NCBI GenBank assembly: GCA_963669175.1
Contig: OY769902.1
Location: 4,288,001 to 4,352,000, forward strand
Direction of reading: 5' to 3'
DNA: 64,000 nucleotides
Origin: a bacterium
GTDB taxonomy: Bacteria > Electryoneota > Electryoneia > Electryoneales > Electryoneaceae
In this document: piece by piece, positions 28,409 through 38,805 of the stretch
Layout of the letters: the number at the start of each line of letters is the position of its first letter
Position numbering within the stretch: the stretch's first letter is position 1
Notes under the pieces: generated by a model
Database searches by the model: none
What the model was told of the DNA's origin: nothing
The model's input: the letters and a program-made list of their open reading frames with translations, nothing else
Translations under genes and position numbers: made by a program

Positions 28409-28810
28409 ATGAAGATCGCAGTCCCAACCATGAATGGGGAAGTTTTTCAGCATTTTGGTCAGACGAAAGAGTTTACCGTTTTCACAGTCAACGATGACAC
28501 TCATGAAATAGTCGATGAAGTCAGTATCTCATCAACGCCGCATGCAGGTCATGGCAATGGTCAGCATGGGGAGGGACACGGTCCTGGCGGTTGCGCTTCG
28601 CAGGCTTTCGGAACTTTGATGTCGATGGGTGTAAACGTCCTCATAGCCGGCGGCATGGGCGCTGGCGCAGTCAACGGTTTGATGCGTTGTGGCATTCAGG
28701 CATGCCGTGGCGCATCAGGCGATGCAAAGCAGGCTGTTCTTGAGTTTGTCAAAGGCAACCTTTCCGACAGCGGCGAAGTATGCCGTGATCACGGGAAGCA
28801 CCATAACTAA
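28409..28810 (+). CDS. NifB/NifX-family Fe-Mo cluster-binding protein
   Basis: MKIAVP, HFGQT..F, GGMGAGA and C-terminal CRDH. Confidence 0.88.
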   Translation: MKIAVPTMNGEVFQHFGQTKEFTVFTVNDDTHEIVDEVSISSTPHAGHGNGQHGEGHGPGGCASQAFGTLMSMGVNVLIAGGMGAGAVNGLMRCGIQACRGASGDAKQAVLEFVKGNLSDSGEVCRDHGKHHN

Positions 28811-28857
28811 TGGACCATTGCTGATTTTCGCTACCTGTCAAGGTATTCAGGTTTGAG

Positions 28858-29370
28858 GTGACATACTTGTTTAGCACTGGATCAAGAATTCTAATTCTTT
28901 TACTCCTGTCAGTTTTCGTCATTTCAGGATGCGTTGCTATTCCACAAGCCACCTCAAACCTGGACACTGGCACAGCTCCTCCTGGCCACGCAATCCTCTT
29001 CATCCTGGTTACGGAAAAGCCGAAATTACCAGGTCGCAATCTGCTGACCTTGGAAATTAAAAATCTGAAAACGGTGGAATTGTATTCGGAAGCTGTGAAC
29101 AGGATATATATCCCTGCCGGTGACTATTCTTTTGTTCTCCCCAACCTGCCTCAGGAGACCAATAACGCCAATACCTGGTACTCCTTCCAGGCTGGTGAAG
29201 TCGTCCGAATGACAATACAGAGTAAGAAACCACCGATTCCGGGGATCAATGACCTTGAACCAGGCATACCGGATGATTTCGAGCCTGAGTTCAAAATACT
29301 GCCTATTTCTGCGGATGGCATGGAAAAAGCTTCTGCTACTCTCCAGTTGCCTTTAATCCCTGTACGCTAG
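28858..29370 (+). CDS. Hypothetical lipoprotein
   Basis: Hydrophobic leader with ISGC lipobox. Confidence 0.55.
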   Translation: MTYLFSTGSRILILLLLSVFVISGCVAIPQATSNLDTGTAPPGHAILFILVTEKPKLPGRNLLTLEIKNLKTVELYSEAVNRIYIPAGDYSFVLPNLPQETNNANTWYSFQAGEVVRMTIQSKKPPIPGINDLEPGIPDDFEPEFKILPISADGMEKASATLQLPLIPVR

Positions 29371-29614
29371 CCGATTCTCCTCCTTGTTGGAAGATTTTAT
29401 CCATCTTTTCATTGTGCGAGAGTTTGAAAACGATTAGGTTTTGTGTATTCCATACTCTTGGTTTTTTTCTTGTTCAGTTGACTTAGGTCACGTAAAATCC
29501 GAAATTCGACGATTAGGTTTTTTTTATTGAAGGATGGGGGTAGTACAGTTTTTGGTGGGAGAAACCAGAGGAAAACCTTTGGTGGGTTTTGTTCTTTTCC
29601 AAACAGGAGGTTAC

Positions 29615-30418
29615 ATGAAGCGAAAGGTAGCAGTGTATGTTTTGCCTCTGCTGCTGGTGTGGGTGGTCACCGGATGTAACATCTTCTCGTTTACCAATCC
29701 GGTAGATTCTGCGGCAGATTACGTTTCGGAAGGACGAGAGTATCTTCGTGATGGCAAATACGCGGATGCTATCGAGTCATTTACCAAAGCTTTGGATGAA
29801 AATCCAAACGATGCTTATGCTCGCTGGGGACGCGCAAAAGCATACCTTCGCAGTACAATCGAGACAGCGGATGTGACGTCGATTGGCCTGATTGCACAGA
29901 TGTCGCAGTTCCAGTCAGGCACCCTCCCCTTCCAGGGAAGTGCATGGCCCGCCGAACGCGCTGATGCAGTGTACCAGGCCATGTTCATGGTGATCGATGA
30001 CCTGGGCATGATTGCCAGTGGCGAAGCGACCAATGATGAACTTGGTCCGGCAGATGTGCGCATCGATTACCTGAGTGCGTTTGCCGTCCAAGCAGTCCTT
30101 ACTCTTCGTGACACCAATGTTGATAGCGTGATTGACGCGAACGACTTTGATCTCTCGTTCCTCATGGATGTGGCAGGCGGTGTGGCTGTTGATGTAGCTA
30201 CCTGGAATAGCCTGAGTGCTCAACAACAGCAAGACCTGATTAACGCAGCCTCTAACCTGCTGACCAACAGTTCTGAGCAGATTGTGAATCTCCTCGGCGA
30301 CATGGGGATTGATGTCACCAACATGGATGACAACGAAGATCTTCAGAATATTGGTCTGGACGTAACCAGCCTTGATAGCTTCAACGAGAACCTGATCAAC
30401 GGGCTGCATACCCTGTAA
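29615..30418 (+). CDS. TPR-containing lipoprotein
   Basis: SD AGGAGG; VTGC lipobox; TPR GKYADAIESFTKALDENPNDAYA. Confidence 0.85.
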   Translation: MKRKVAVYVLPLLLVWVVTGCNIFSFTNPVDSAADYVSEGREYLRDGKYADAIESFTKALDENPNDAYARWGRAKAYLRSTIETADVTSIGLIAQMSQFQSGTLPFQGSAWPAERADAVYQAMFMVIDDLGMIASGEATNDELGPADVRIDYLSAFAVQAVLTLRDTNVDSVIDANDFDLSFLMDVAGGVAVDVATWNSLSAQQQQDLINAASNLLTNSSEQIVNLLGDMGIDVTNMDDNEDLQNIGLDVTSLDSFNENLINGLHTL

Positions 30419-30435
30419 AAGAAGGAGGAAGAGCG

Positions 30436-31593
30436 ATGAAGACAAGATTGATGCTTGTTGCTGCTCTTGTTCTGCTTCTAATTGCAGGACAGAGCCTGGC
30501 GCAGGAACAGTACATACCAACCGGTGTGTCCCCCAGCATTAACGTAGCCCAGATGGGGATGGGTGGACTGACCACCATGATTTCTACCAATGCCCGGACC
30601 GTGTTTAACAACCCCGGGTTGTTGAACAGGCAGAAGTTCGCCTTGGAATTCACTCCTGTGGCGATTGGTATCGGTTCAGATGCGACCAATATTCTGAAAT
30701 TCGTAAACGACAACGTTGACACGTTTGCTGGCATGGACTCCATTGCAGCACTAGCTGCCGGCGGTGATGCTGCTGCCACAGAGACCATGAACAAGTTCTA
30801 CGAAGATTCACAGGAATTTGACAACAAGTGGATCGGCTTGAACGTTGCACCATACCTGGGTTTGGCGGTAAAGGGCTTTGGTTTTGGCGTATACGGCAAT
30901 ATTGTAACTGACATCAAGCTTGATAACGGCGTTTTCGTACCCGCAATTGGCGCACGTGGGTATATGGATGTCGTTTTCGGTATAGGTCATGGCCGTGTAA
31001 TTGAAATCGGTGGACGTGACTGGGAACTTGGTGCGGCAGTAAGGATCGTCAACCGTCGTTATGTAAGCCCGATTCGGGTTAACGCATCTGACGTTGCCAA
31101 TACGGGTGACCTGGCATCTACGGTTATGGATGAGCTGAACGAAGACATAACCGGTTTCGGTATCGACGTAGGTATGATTCGTACGGTTCAGTGGAAAGAC
31201 AACGACATCGATGTCGGCGTCTCCATTCAGGACCTGGTTGGTGTCATGGATGGTTGGATCAAGCCAAACCTGAAATTCGGCGCCATGTACCACATGCCGT
31301 TCGCGAATAATGCACTGTTGAAGCGTTGGGATCTGGGCATCGAGTATGTCGATTTCTTCAACCGTGCCGGCAAGAGCTATTTTACCCATATCAACATGGG
31401 TACAGAACTGAGTGTTCTGGCCGGTTTCCTGAAGCTGCGTGGCGGTTTCCACCAGGGATACCCGACCTATGGTATGGGGCTTTCCCTCGGTTTTGCCAAG
31501 CTTGACTTCGCCTACTTCACCAAGGAACAGGGTACCGCTCCGGGTATGACCCCGTACGGGCTGTACATGGCACAGTTCTCCCTTGGCTGGTAA
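30436..31593 (+). CDS. Outer-membrane beta-barrel (TraF_2/FadL/PorV-like)
   Basis: Signal peptide; MGMGG..VFNNPGLL plug motif; amphipathic strands; C-terminal FSLGW. Confidence 0.78.
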   Translation: MKTRLMLVAALVLLLIAGQSLAQEQYIPTGVSPSINVAQMGMGGLTTMISTNARTVFNNPGLLNRQKFALEFTPVAIGIGSDATNILKFVNDNVDTFAGMDSIAALAAGGDAAATETMNKFYEDSQEFDNKWIGLNVAPYLGLAVKGFGFGVYGNIVTDIKLDNGVFVPAIGARGYMDVVFGIGHGRVIEIGGRDWELGAAVRIVNRRYVSPIRVNASDVANTGDLASTVMDELNEDITGFGIDVGMIRTVQWKDNDIDVGVSIQDLVGVMDGWIKPNLKFGAMYHMPFANNALLKRWDLGIEYVDFFNRAGKSYFTHINMGTELSVLAGFLKLRGGFHQGYPTYGMGLSLGFAKLDFAYFTKEQGTAPGMTPYGLYMAQFSLGW

Positions 31594-31617
31594 GCGTTCG
31601 TTACATATCGAAGTTTC

Positions 31618-31643
31618 AAACGCCCGGTTTAACCGGGCGTTTT
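31618..31643 (+). terminator. Rho-independent terminator
   Basis: AAACGCCCGG-TTTAA-CCGGGCGTTTT. Confidence 0.85.
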
Positions 31644-31901
31644 CATGTATATCCGGACACACTGCAATTAAGATCAAGACCTTGATCTTAATTGCAACTC
31701 CTCATTTCCATTTCTATCTTCCCACTCAATCGCCCCATCGCTGCTCTGAATCACACTACAGGCATATGCGAATCCAATATTTTAATGGTATTATTGCTTG
31801 TGAAAAAAGGAGCCAGTTGCGGAACGAAAGCACCGGCAAGGAGTGCAACTGGAAAGCCGTTTTTTCTTACAGGGTGGGCTCTAGACAAGCAAGAGAGAAC
31901 C

Positions 31902-32927
31902 ATGAGAACTCCGTATTGGCTGCGTGCGATTACAGCCTTCCTGGTGGTATGCGGGTTATACCTTCCTTTTACCAGTTCAGCAGGTCCGAAGTACGAAATC
32001 AAGTTCGGCACCCTAGCGCCGGAAGGATCCAACTGGATCAAGATCATGCGGCGGATGGACCGCGACCTGAAAAAGGCAACCAGCGGTCAGGTCGGATTCA
32101 GGATTTATGCCGGTGGCGTTCAGGGTGACGAACCGGAGATGATCCGCAAGATGTACATCGGTCAGCTTCAGAGCGCTGGGTTCACGGGAAACGGCCTGGG
32201 TGAAATCCTGCCGGAAATCCGTGTACTGGAACTTCCGTTTGTCTACAATTCCAAGGATGAAGTTGATCATATCACAGAAGTCTTTTACGATCGTTTTGAT
32301 CAGCGTTTCCGTGAACAGGGCTTTGTGCTTCTGGGTTGGACGGAAGTCGGGTATGTGTACTTCTTCAGCAAGGAGCCGATTGCCAGCATCGATGATTTGC
32401 AGGGTATGAAAATCTGGACTTGGGAAAGTGATCCGTTGGCGCGCGCCCTGTTTGATGAATTGGGCCTGAATCCTGTTCCATTGCCTGTTACAGAAGTTTT
32501 AACTTCATTGCAGACGGGCATGATTGATGCTGTTTACTGCGCCCCGTATGCCGCGTTGGGCCTTCAATGGTTCACACGAATCAACTATATCACAGCCCAA
32601 CCAATCACCAATGCTACCGGCGCAGTGTTGATGACAGTTGAGAAGTATAATGAGATTCCGGAAGAGTACCGTGATGATCTGCATACCATCATCAGGGATG
32701 GCTTGCTTGATCTGACTCAGCATACACGTCAGGACAACCAGGACGCGATCGAAGAAATGCAGTCCAAAGGCATTGTAATCAGCAACATTGATGATATTAC
32801 TCCTTTCCGTGAAGCGAGTCTGAAAGTACAACAGACATTAACCGGTCAGCTTTACGACCAGGAATTGCTGGACGCAGTCAAAGCGGAACTTGAGCGATAC
32901 AGGGCAGAAAAGGCGGAGACGGAATAA
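31902..32927 (+). CDS. dctP: TRAP substrate-binding protein
   Basis: IKFGTLAPEGSNW, ELPF and EVLTSLQTGMIDA. Confidence 0.92.
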   Translation: MRTPYWLRAITAFLVVCGLYLPFTSSAGPKYEIKFGTLAPEGSNWIKIMRRMDRDLKKATSGQVGFRIYAGGVQGDEPEMIRKMYIGQLQSAGFTGNGLGEILPEIRVLELPFVYNSKDEVDHITEVFYDRFDQRFREQGFVLLGWTEVGYVYFFSKEPIASIDDLQGMKIWTWESDPLARALFDELGLNPVPLPVTEVLTSLQTGMIDAVYCAPYAALGLQWFTRINYITAQPITNATGAVLMTVEKYNEIPEEYRDDLHTIIRDGLLDLTQHTRQDNQDAIEEMQSKGIVISNIDDITPFREASLKVQQTLTGQLYDQELLDAVKAELERYRAEKAETE

Positions 32928-33476
32928 GTGCGCCGGATACTTGAGGCAATCGACCTGTACTTGTGGAAAGTGGTGGCGATCACGACAGGTGTCGTTGTCC
33001 TGTCCATGGTCGGTCTTTCCTTCACCCAGGTAGTGATGCGGTTGCTGTTTAATGCCGGCCTTTTATGGGCTGACAGTGTGCTGACTCATCTCGTTTTGTG
33101 GCTGGCCCTGTTGGGCGGAACGCTGGCGACACGTGAAGGCCGACAGATTTCTATCGATCTGCTGACACGTATTCCCAATCCCAAGGTTCGAACTCTATTC
33201 CGGTGGCTTGGTGGAGTTTTTACCGTGATTGTCTGCTTCCTGCTGGCACGTGGGTCCATCGCTTTTCTGGACATGCAGCAGGATATCGGTGGTTTTCTAA
33301 CCGCAACGAAAGTCCCGAGCTGGTGGGCTGCTGTGATTCTTCCGGCGGGGTTCTCGCTGATTGCAGTTCAGGTATTGCTCAATCTCGCACTAGGTCGTAC
33401 CGACGGATTCGATACGGAAATCACCCAAACTGAAGAAGCTGAAATCGAGCAACATTCCACGGAGGCCGAATCATGA
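32928..33476 (+). CDS. dctQ: TRAP small permease
   Basis: 4 TM segments; QVVMR, WAD, QISIDLL. Confidence 0.9.
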   Translation: MRRILEAIDLYLWKVVAITTGVVVLSMVGLSFTQVVMRLLFNAGLLWADSVLTHLVLWLALLGGTLATREGRQISIDLLTRIPNPKVRTLFRWLGGVFTVIVCFLLARGSIAFLDMQQDIGGFLTATKVPSWWAAVILPAGFSLIAVQVLLNLALGRTDGFDTEITQTEEAEIEQHSTEAES

Positions 33477-34966
33477 CCTACATCGGCCTCCTCCTGTTTG
33501 CGTTATTCGGCGCTCCCCTGTTTGCTGTCCTTGGCTCGTTGGCTTTGGCCGGTTTTGGTGTGGAAGGGTCAGGATCTGTTGCTGTTGTGAATAATATATA
33601 CGGCATCACGACCAAGAGCACTTTGCTGGCTATCCCGTTGTTCACCTTCGCCGGTTATCTGCTTGCCGAATCCGGCGCTCCGAAACGACTGGTTCGTGTA
33701 AGCCACGCCTTGTTTGGCTGGATGCCTGGTGGCCTGGCGATTGTTGCTTTGGTCACTTGTTCATTTTTCACAGCTTTTACCGGCGCTTCCGGTGTAACCA
33801 TTGTTGCGCTTGGCGGGGTATTGTACCCGATGCTGATGCGGGACAATTACCCGCAACGCTTTAACTTGGGCCTGTTGACGTCATCGGGAAGCCTTGGGCT
33901 TCTCTTCCCTCCCAGCCTGCCGATCATCCTGTTTTCTGTGCTGGTTTCCATGCAGCTTTCTGCCTCGATGAACATGGTGAACCAGGCGGACTACGATGCA
34001 ATGGGCAACCTTTGGGTATTGTCCGATCTACCAGCAACTGAGCAACTGCGTGAAGCCATTGAACTTGATCCTGATTCACAAATCCAGCAATGGGCGGACC
34101 TTGGTGGTACAAGTTCGATGATGAGCAGTCCTCAGAACGATGAATTCGTCACCGCCTCGTCAGTGAACGACCTGTTTGCAGCAGGTGTGTTACCGGGACT
34201 GTTGCTGGTTCTGGCGCTTTCCGGGTATGCAGTCTTTGTCGCACGCAAGCGTAAAATCCCTACAGTACCCTTCGTTTGGAAAGAAGCCGCGGCGGCGCTC
34301 TGGGATGCTAAATGGGAAATCCCGCTTCCAATCGTGATTCTTGTGGGGATTTACAGCGGGTGGTTTACTGTAAATCAAGCGGCTTCTGTTACAGCCATGT
34401 ACCTGCTGTTCGTTGAGATATTTGTCCTGCGTGATATTCATATCACACGTGATCTGCCACGCATCATCTGTGATTCCAGCGTCCTGGTAGGTGGTATTCT
34501 GCTTATCCTGGGATCTGCATTCGGACTGACCAACTTCCTCATTGACGCGGAAGTTCCCCAGAAGCTGATCGCTTTTGTCAGCAGCCTGGTTTCGTCCAAG
34601 TGGACCTTCCTCATCCTGTTGAATATTTTCCTGCTCCTGGTTGGTGCGATGATGGATATATTCAGCGCGATCACCGTGGTTGTGCCACTCATCCTGCCGA
34701 TTGCCCTGTCCTTTGGAGTCCATCCCGCTCATCTTGGGATCATATTCCTGACCAATCTTGAAATCGGATATTCAACACCGCCGGTTGGTTTAAACCTGTT
34801 TATCTCAAGTTTCCGGTTCAACCGTCCGGTCCTTGACCTGTATCGTGCGACACTTCCTTTCATCGGGTTGATGTTGCTGGTACTTCTGGTCATCACTTAC
34901 TGGGATGATCTTTCTTTAACACTGGTACGTTGGGTGGTAGATGCACGCATAGCAGCCGGCCGATGA
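33473..34966 (+). CDS. dctM: TRAP large permease with an approximately 65-aa loop insertion
   Basis: LLAIPLF, GSLGLLFPPS and TPPVGLNLF. Confidence 0.92.
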   Translation: MTYIGLLLFALFGAPLFAVLGSLALAGFGVEGSGSVAVVNNIYGITTKSTLLAIPLFTFAGYLLAESGAPKRLVRVSHALFGWMPGGLAIVALVTCSFFTAFTGASGVTIVALGGVLYPMLMRDNYPQRFNLGLLTSSGSLGLLFPPSLPIILFSVLVSMQLSASMNMVNQADYDAMGNLWVLSDLPATEQLREAIELDPDSQIQQWADLGGTSSMMSSPQNDEFVTASSVNDLFAAGVLPGLLLVLALSGYAVFVARKRKIPTVPFVWKEAAAALWDAKWEIPLPIVILVGIYSGWFTVNQAASVTAMYLLFVEIFVLRDIHITRDLPRIICDSSVLVGGILLILGSAFGLTNFLIDAEVPQKLIAFVSSLVSSKWTFLILLNIFLLLVGAMMDIFSAITVVVPLILPIALSFGVHPAHLGIIFLTNLEIGYSTPPVGLNLFISSFRFNRPVLDLYRATLPFIGLMLLVLLVITYWDDLSLTLVRWVVDARIAAGR

Positions 34967-34984
34967 TCACTTGACGAGGATATC

Positions 34985-36538
34985 ATGGCACACTGGAATA
35001 AACACATCAATCGCTTTATCCTGCTGTGTATCATTCTGATCGCAGCATTGCCTCTGTATGGCCAGACCATTACACGGAAAAGCCTGAGTACCACCGGTGA
35101 CCTGATCATTGAAACGTCTGATCAGGAGTATTTAAACGGTCATTATCAACGTGCTGCAGATCTGCTTGATTCTGCTCTGATCGTATCTCCCGATGATCCG
35201 ATCCTGCTGTATAACCGGGCGCTTACAGCAAGAATTCTGTATGGTAGAACGGCTGGGCTTCCCTGGTTGCAGGAAGCTGTAAGGCTGGCTCCTGACAAGT
35301 ATTTCATCGCTGGCGAATATGGTCAGGCGCTGACAATGACAGGTCAGTTGGAGGAAGGTGAACACTGGCTGCAAAAAGCGATTGACGCAGAAAAGGAATA
35401 CTATCCCGGTTTTGTGGCATTAGGTCAAAATCTTCGCCGGCAACTGCGTCCCAATGACGCAATAGACCTGCTAAAACCCGTTATAGATAATCCCCTGGCT
35501 CATTACGAAGTCTGGATAGAACTGGCAAATGCGTATGATGATATCGATGACCAGCCAAACCGCCACAAGACTTTGTTACTGGCCAACAAGGACTTCGCTT
35601 ATGCCCCTGTTCTTGAAGCATTGACTCGATTCCATTTCGAACATGGCAACACGGATTCTGTCGTATTCTATGGACGAAAATATCTGGAATGGTATCCGAG
35701 ACACAAAGCAACAGAGCATCCATCTGTGCTTGAGATGTGCCGTGAAGTAGCTCCGGAAAAACAATTCTGGCCCAGTACCGATTACGTCGAGACTGCTTTC
35801 CTGACTTTTGACAAGGACAACGCTACCTGTTGCGCACCGCCAGTCGGAAAAAGGTTCCGTTACGATGTCAAGTACGGTTTCCTTGGACTGGGTGAAATGA
35901 CCATCGACTCCCGTGAAGGCATGTGGCGCGGCGATTCCACATATTGGATACAGGCAGTGGTTCGCTCGGCGCGTGGCCTTCCTTTTGTAGATATAATCGA
36001 CACATTTTATGTCCACATCGCAAAGGATTTCACTCATGCGCTATGGGTTGAAGGACGCTACTGGGAAAAGGAGAAGCGTGCGCTGGAAACCCATGAATTC
36101 AACTATGATGCCGGACATATTGATCTTCGTGAAGTCCAGGGCGATAATCATTGGACTTTCCGCAGGCTGGATCTTCCTCCGAATGCGTTCGACCCGATCT
36201 CGTGCGTTCTTCTTACGCCACAGGTCATTCTTGGCGAACGTACCGGTAACTATACAACATTGATGAGTGATGGTTTGAAGTATACCTCGATCAATGTGTA
36301 CGATAAATTTGACCGATTGAATGAAGCAGGCGAAACCTGGAATACACGATACATTGATGGCCAGATGGAATACCATGGTATAGCAGGTATTTCAGGTTAT
36401 TATCGTGGCTGGTTCTCGCATGATTGTCATTTCTGTATGCCGATTGTCGCCAAGTTCAAGATCTTTCTCGGCTCTGTAACTGTTCGACTGGAAGCGATAG
36501 AAGAGTCGCCGGTTCCTCCTGGTCGGCACTGGAATTGA
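34985..36538 (+). CDS. Exported TPR protein with C-terminal DUF3108-like domain
   Basis: Signal peptide; TPRs; FRYDVKYGFLGLGE, DPIS, WFS...P...KIFLGSVTVRL. Confidence 0.75.
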   Translation: MAHWNKHINRFILLCIILIAALPLYGQTITRKSLSTTGDLIIETSDQEYLNGHYQRAADLLDSALIVSPDDPILLYNRALTARILYGRTAGLPWLQEAVRLAPDKYFIAGEYGQALTMTGQLEEGEHWLQKAIDAEKEYYPGFVALGQNLRRQLRPNDAIDLLKPVIDNPLAHYEVWIELANAYDDIDDQPNRHKTLLLANKDFAYAPVLEALTRFHFEHGNTDSVVFYGRKYLEWYPRHKATEHPSVLEMCREVAPEKQFWPSTDYVETAFLTFDKDNATCCAPPVGKRFRYDVKYGFLGLGEMTIDSREGMWRGDSTYWIQAVVRSARGLPFVDIIDTFYVHIAKDFTHALWVEGRYWEKEKRALETHEFNYDAGHIDLREVQGDNHWTFRRLDLPPNAFDPISCVLLTPQVILGERTGNYTTLMSDGLKYTSINVYDKFDRLNEAGETWNTRYIDGQMEYHGIAGISGYYRGWFSHDCHFCMPIVAKFKIFLGSVTVRLEAIEESPVPPGRHWN

Positions 36539-36662
36539 CATTTTTTTGTAAATTTAGCATTTTCAAGGAATAAACTTCTCCCTTTTTCTAGCTCTTGGGG
36601 CGAAATATGACTGTTTTGTTTGAACGCTGATAATTTATTCACGATATTTGAAGAAATAAGAT

Positions 36663-36686
36663 ACCGTCCTTTTGGACGGTTTTTTT
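36663..36686 (+). terminator. Rho-independent terminator
   Basis: ACCGTCC-TTTT-GGACGGT followed by a T run. Confidence 0.75.
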
Positions 36687-36761
36687 CGTATCAAACAGAT
36701 TGGTAATACCTTTTTCATCTCCAGTTTCTGACTGGATTGTACAAACGTCAGGGATACTTGC

Positions 36762-38117
36762 ATGAGTAAGAAAAACATCCTGATCCTGGGTGCCGGGCAA
36801 AGCGCTCCGGCCTTGATTCGTTACCTGTTGGAAAAGTCTACAGAGTTTGATTGGCACGTGACTGTTGCCGACATGGACCAGGACATGGCTCAACGCCGTG
36901 TGAATGGTCACCCCAACGGCGTTGCAATCTCTTTCAACGTAGACGATACCGAACAACTTCAAAAGCTGGTTGCAGAAGCGGATATTGTCGCTAATCTTAT
37001 GCCACCACCTTTCCAACCCCGCATTGTAAAAGCATGCGTTGAAGCAGGCACACACCAAGTGTCCGCTTCCTATGAGTCAGCTCCGGTAAAAGCGCTGGAC
37101 AGCGCAGCAAAAGAAAAAGGCGTGACAATTCTGAACGAGATGGGTCTGGACCCCGGTTTGGATCATATGTCCGCCGTAAAACTGATCACCCGTGAACGCG
37201 AACGCGGTGGTGTTTTCAAATCGTTCTGTTCCTATGGCAGTGGTGTGCCGGAACCGGGCGCGAACGCTAACCCGATGAATTACATCATCACCTGGAATCC
37301 TCGCAACGTGGTGATGGCCGGTCAGGCAGGCGCACAGTATCTCGAGAATGGCGAGATCAAGATTGTACCCGCACATCGCGTGTTCTGGCGAACCTGGCCC
37401 ATGGACGTGGATGGCGTCGGCACCATGGAAGCTTACCCGAACCGTGACTCGCTGGCCTACATCGACATCTTCAACCTGAAACATGCTCATACCATGATCC
37501 GTGGCACCCTTCGCTATCCGGGATACTCGGAAGCATGGATGCAACTGGTTCGCCTTGGCATGCCCAATGAATCCATGGTCATTCCGAACTTGAAGGATTA
37601 CACCTGGAGCGAATTGACGGCCATGTTCCTGCCGGGCATCATGGGCGGCGATAATATCAGGCAGCGTGTTGCACGTCGTCTCCAGATCAGCCCGACTGGC
37701 GCAGTGATGGATAAACTGGAATGGCTGGGTTTGTTCAGCGATGAGAAAATCGGTTATGACGTCACTACAGCCGCTTCAGCATTGACATACCTGCTGAAAA
37801 ACAAGTTGGCGCAGCCGGCTGGTGTTCGTGATATGGTCGTCCTGTTGCATCGCTTCGAGATTGAATACCCGGAGCAGAATGGCAAGCTGGAACAGATCGT
37901 TTCCACCTTTGTCTACTACGGCGACCCGAATGGCGAAACTGCCATGGCTAAAACCGTCGGTCTGCCTGCAGGAATTGCAGTCAAGAGGATTCTAACTGGT
38001 GAGTTGAACCTTACCGGCTGCCACATTCCGATAAAGTCGGAGATCTACGAACCCATTCTTGCTGAGCTGGATCGTGAATTCGGTATTCGATTTGTTGAGA
38101 AAGCAGTCCCGATGTAA
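36762..38117 (+). CDS. Saccharopine dehydrogenase (NADP-dependent, Lys9-like)
   Basis: ILGAG, NEMGLDPGLDHMSA, YPNRDS, RGTLRY and AMAKTVGLP. Confidence 0.92.
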   Translation: MSKKNILILGAGQSAPALIRYLLEKSTEFDWHVTVADMDQDMAQRRVNGHPNGVAISFNVDDTEQLQKLVAEADIVANLMPPPFQPRIVKACVEAGTHQVSASYESAPVKALDSAAKEKGVTILNEMGLDPGLDHMSAVKLITRERERGGVFKSFCSYGSGVPEPGANANPMNYIITWNPRNVVMAGQAGAQYLENGEIKIVPAHRVFWRTWPMDVDGVGTMEAYPNRDSLAYIDIFNLKHAHTMIRGTLRYPGYSEAWMQLVRLGMPNESMVIPNLKDYTWSELTAMFLPGIMGGDNIRQRVARRLQISPTGAVMDKLEWLGLFSDEKIGYDVTTAASALTYLLKNKLAQPAGVRDMVVLLHRFEIEYPEQNGKLEQIVSTFVYYGDPNGETAMAKTVGLPAGIAVKRILTGELNLTGCHIPIKSEIYEPILAELDREFGIRFVEKAVPM

Positions 38118-38147
38118 GCTTTCCTGATAAGGACGCACTTACCCTGT

Positions 38148-38173
38148 CAGCCCGCTTATGCGGGCTGTTTTTT
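38148..38173 (+). terminator. Rho-independent terminator
   Basis: CAGCCCGC-TTAT-GCGGGCTG followed by a T run. Confidence 0.85.
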
Positions 38174-38246
38174 CTTTCGGTATAACTCTTTAGCCATATT
38201 GGCGCGAAGCCATCAAAGGAGAGAATCAGAAAGCGAGACAATTAAT

Positions 38247-38597
38247 CTAAAACGTGCGAACTTCAGTGTTGTGATAAACGATATTGTCCGTAATGGGAAG
38301 CGACCCCTCGCTGATATGATCCACACGAACAGTAGCACGTTCCACTTCTTCGAATACCTGTACCATATGGTTTGCCAGACCAATATAGTGTGCCTGTCCC
38401 GGGAACATGAAATCCCGGTCCTCGGCAGTCGTCTGAAAACTCAGGTTGCTGCCATCAAGCTTGTACCTTTCGGAATCCAAAGCAAAGTTTTTGGGGCTGG
38501 CTGCCAGGATGCGATTACTTTCACTGGCCAGTTTCAGCATCAAACCATCATCGTTTGTCTCAGCCGCCAAGAGTAACCGTAAGGAGAAATTGTACAT
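38247..38597 (-). CDS. Small hypothetical protein
   Basis: ATG-started 116-aa ORF filling a gap; no recognised motif and no strong SD. Confidence 0.4.
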   Translation of the reverse strand: MYNFSLRLLLAAETNDDGLMLKLASESNRILAASPKNFALDSERYKLDGSNLSFQTTAEDRDFMFPGQAHYIGLANHMVQVFEEVERATVRVDHISEGSLPITDNIVYHNTEVRTF

Positions 38598-38805
38598 ATT
38601 CAGGGTACCGTTTGTAAAACTTTGTTGTCACTTTAGGTACCTTTATGATACTGCTTTGGTTATGCCACAGCAATAACAAAACACAAACATTAGAGCCTGA
38701 TGCCCCCAGGAGAGTACCCCCAAAGCCACACTTATATTTCTACAAAACATGCAATTACATTGTATACCCAACCCTACACAATCATATCCTTATTCTACGC
38801 TACTA

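Noticed and set aside
28409-28810. Nitrogen fixation
   Set aside because: Stand-alone NifB/NifX-family proteins are widespread, and no nif structural genes are present.
30436-31593. Conjugation gene (TraF-like label)
   Set aside because: No relaxase, T4SS or other transfer genes; better read as a generic outer-membrane barrel.
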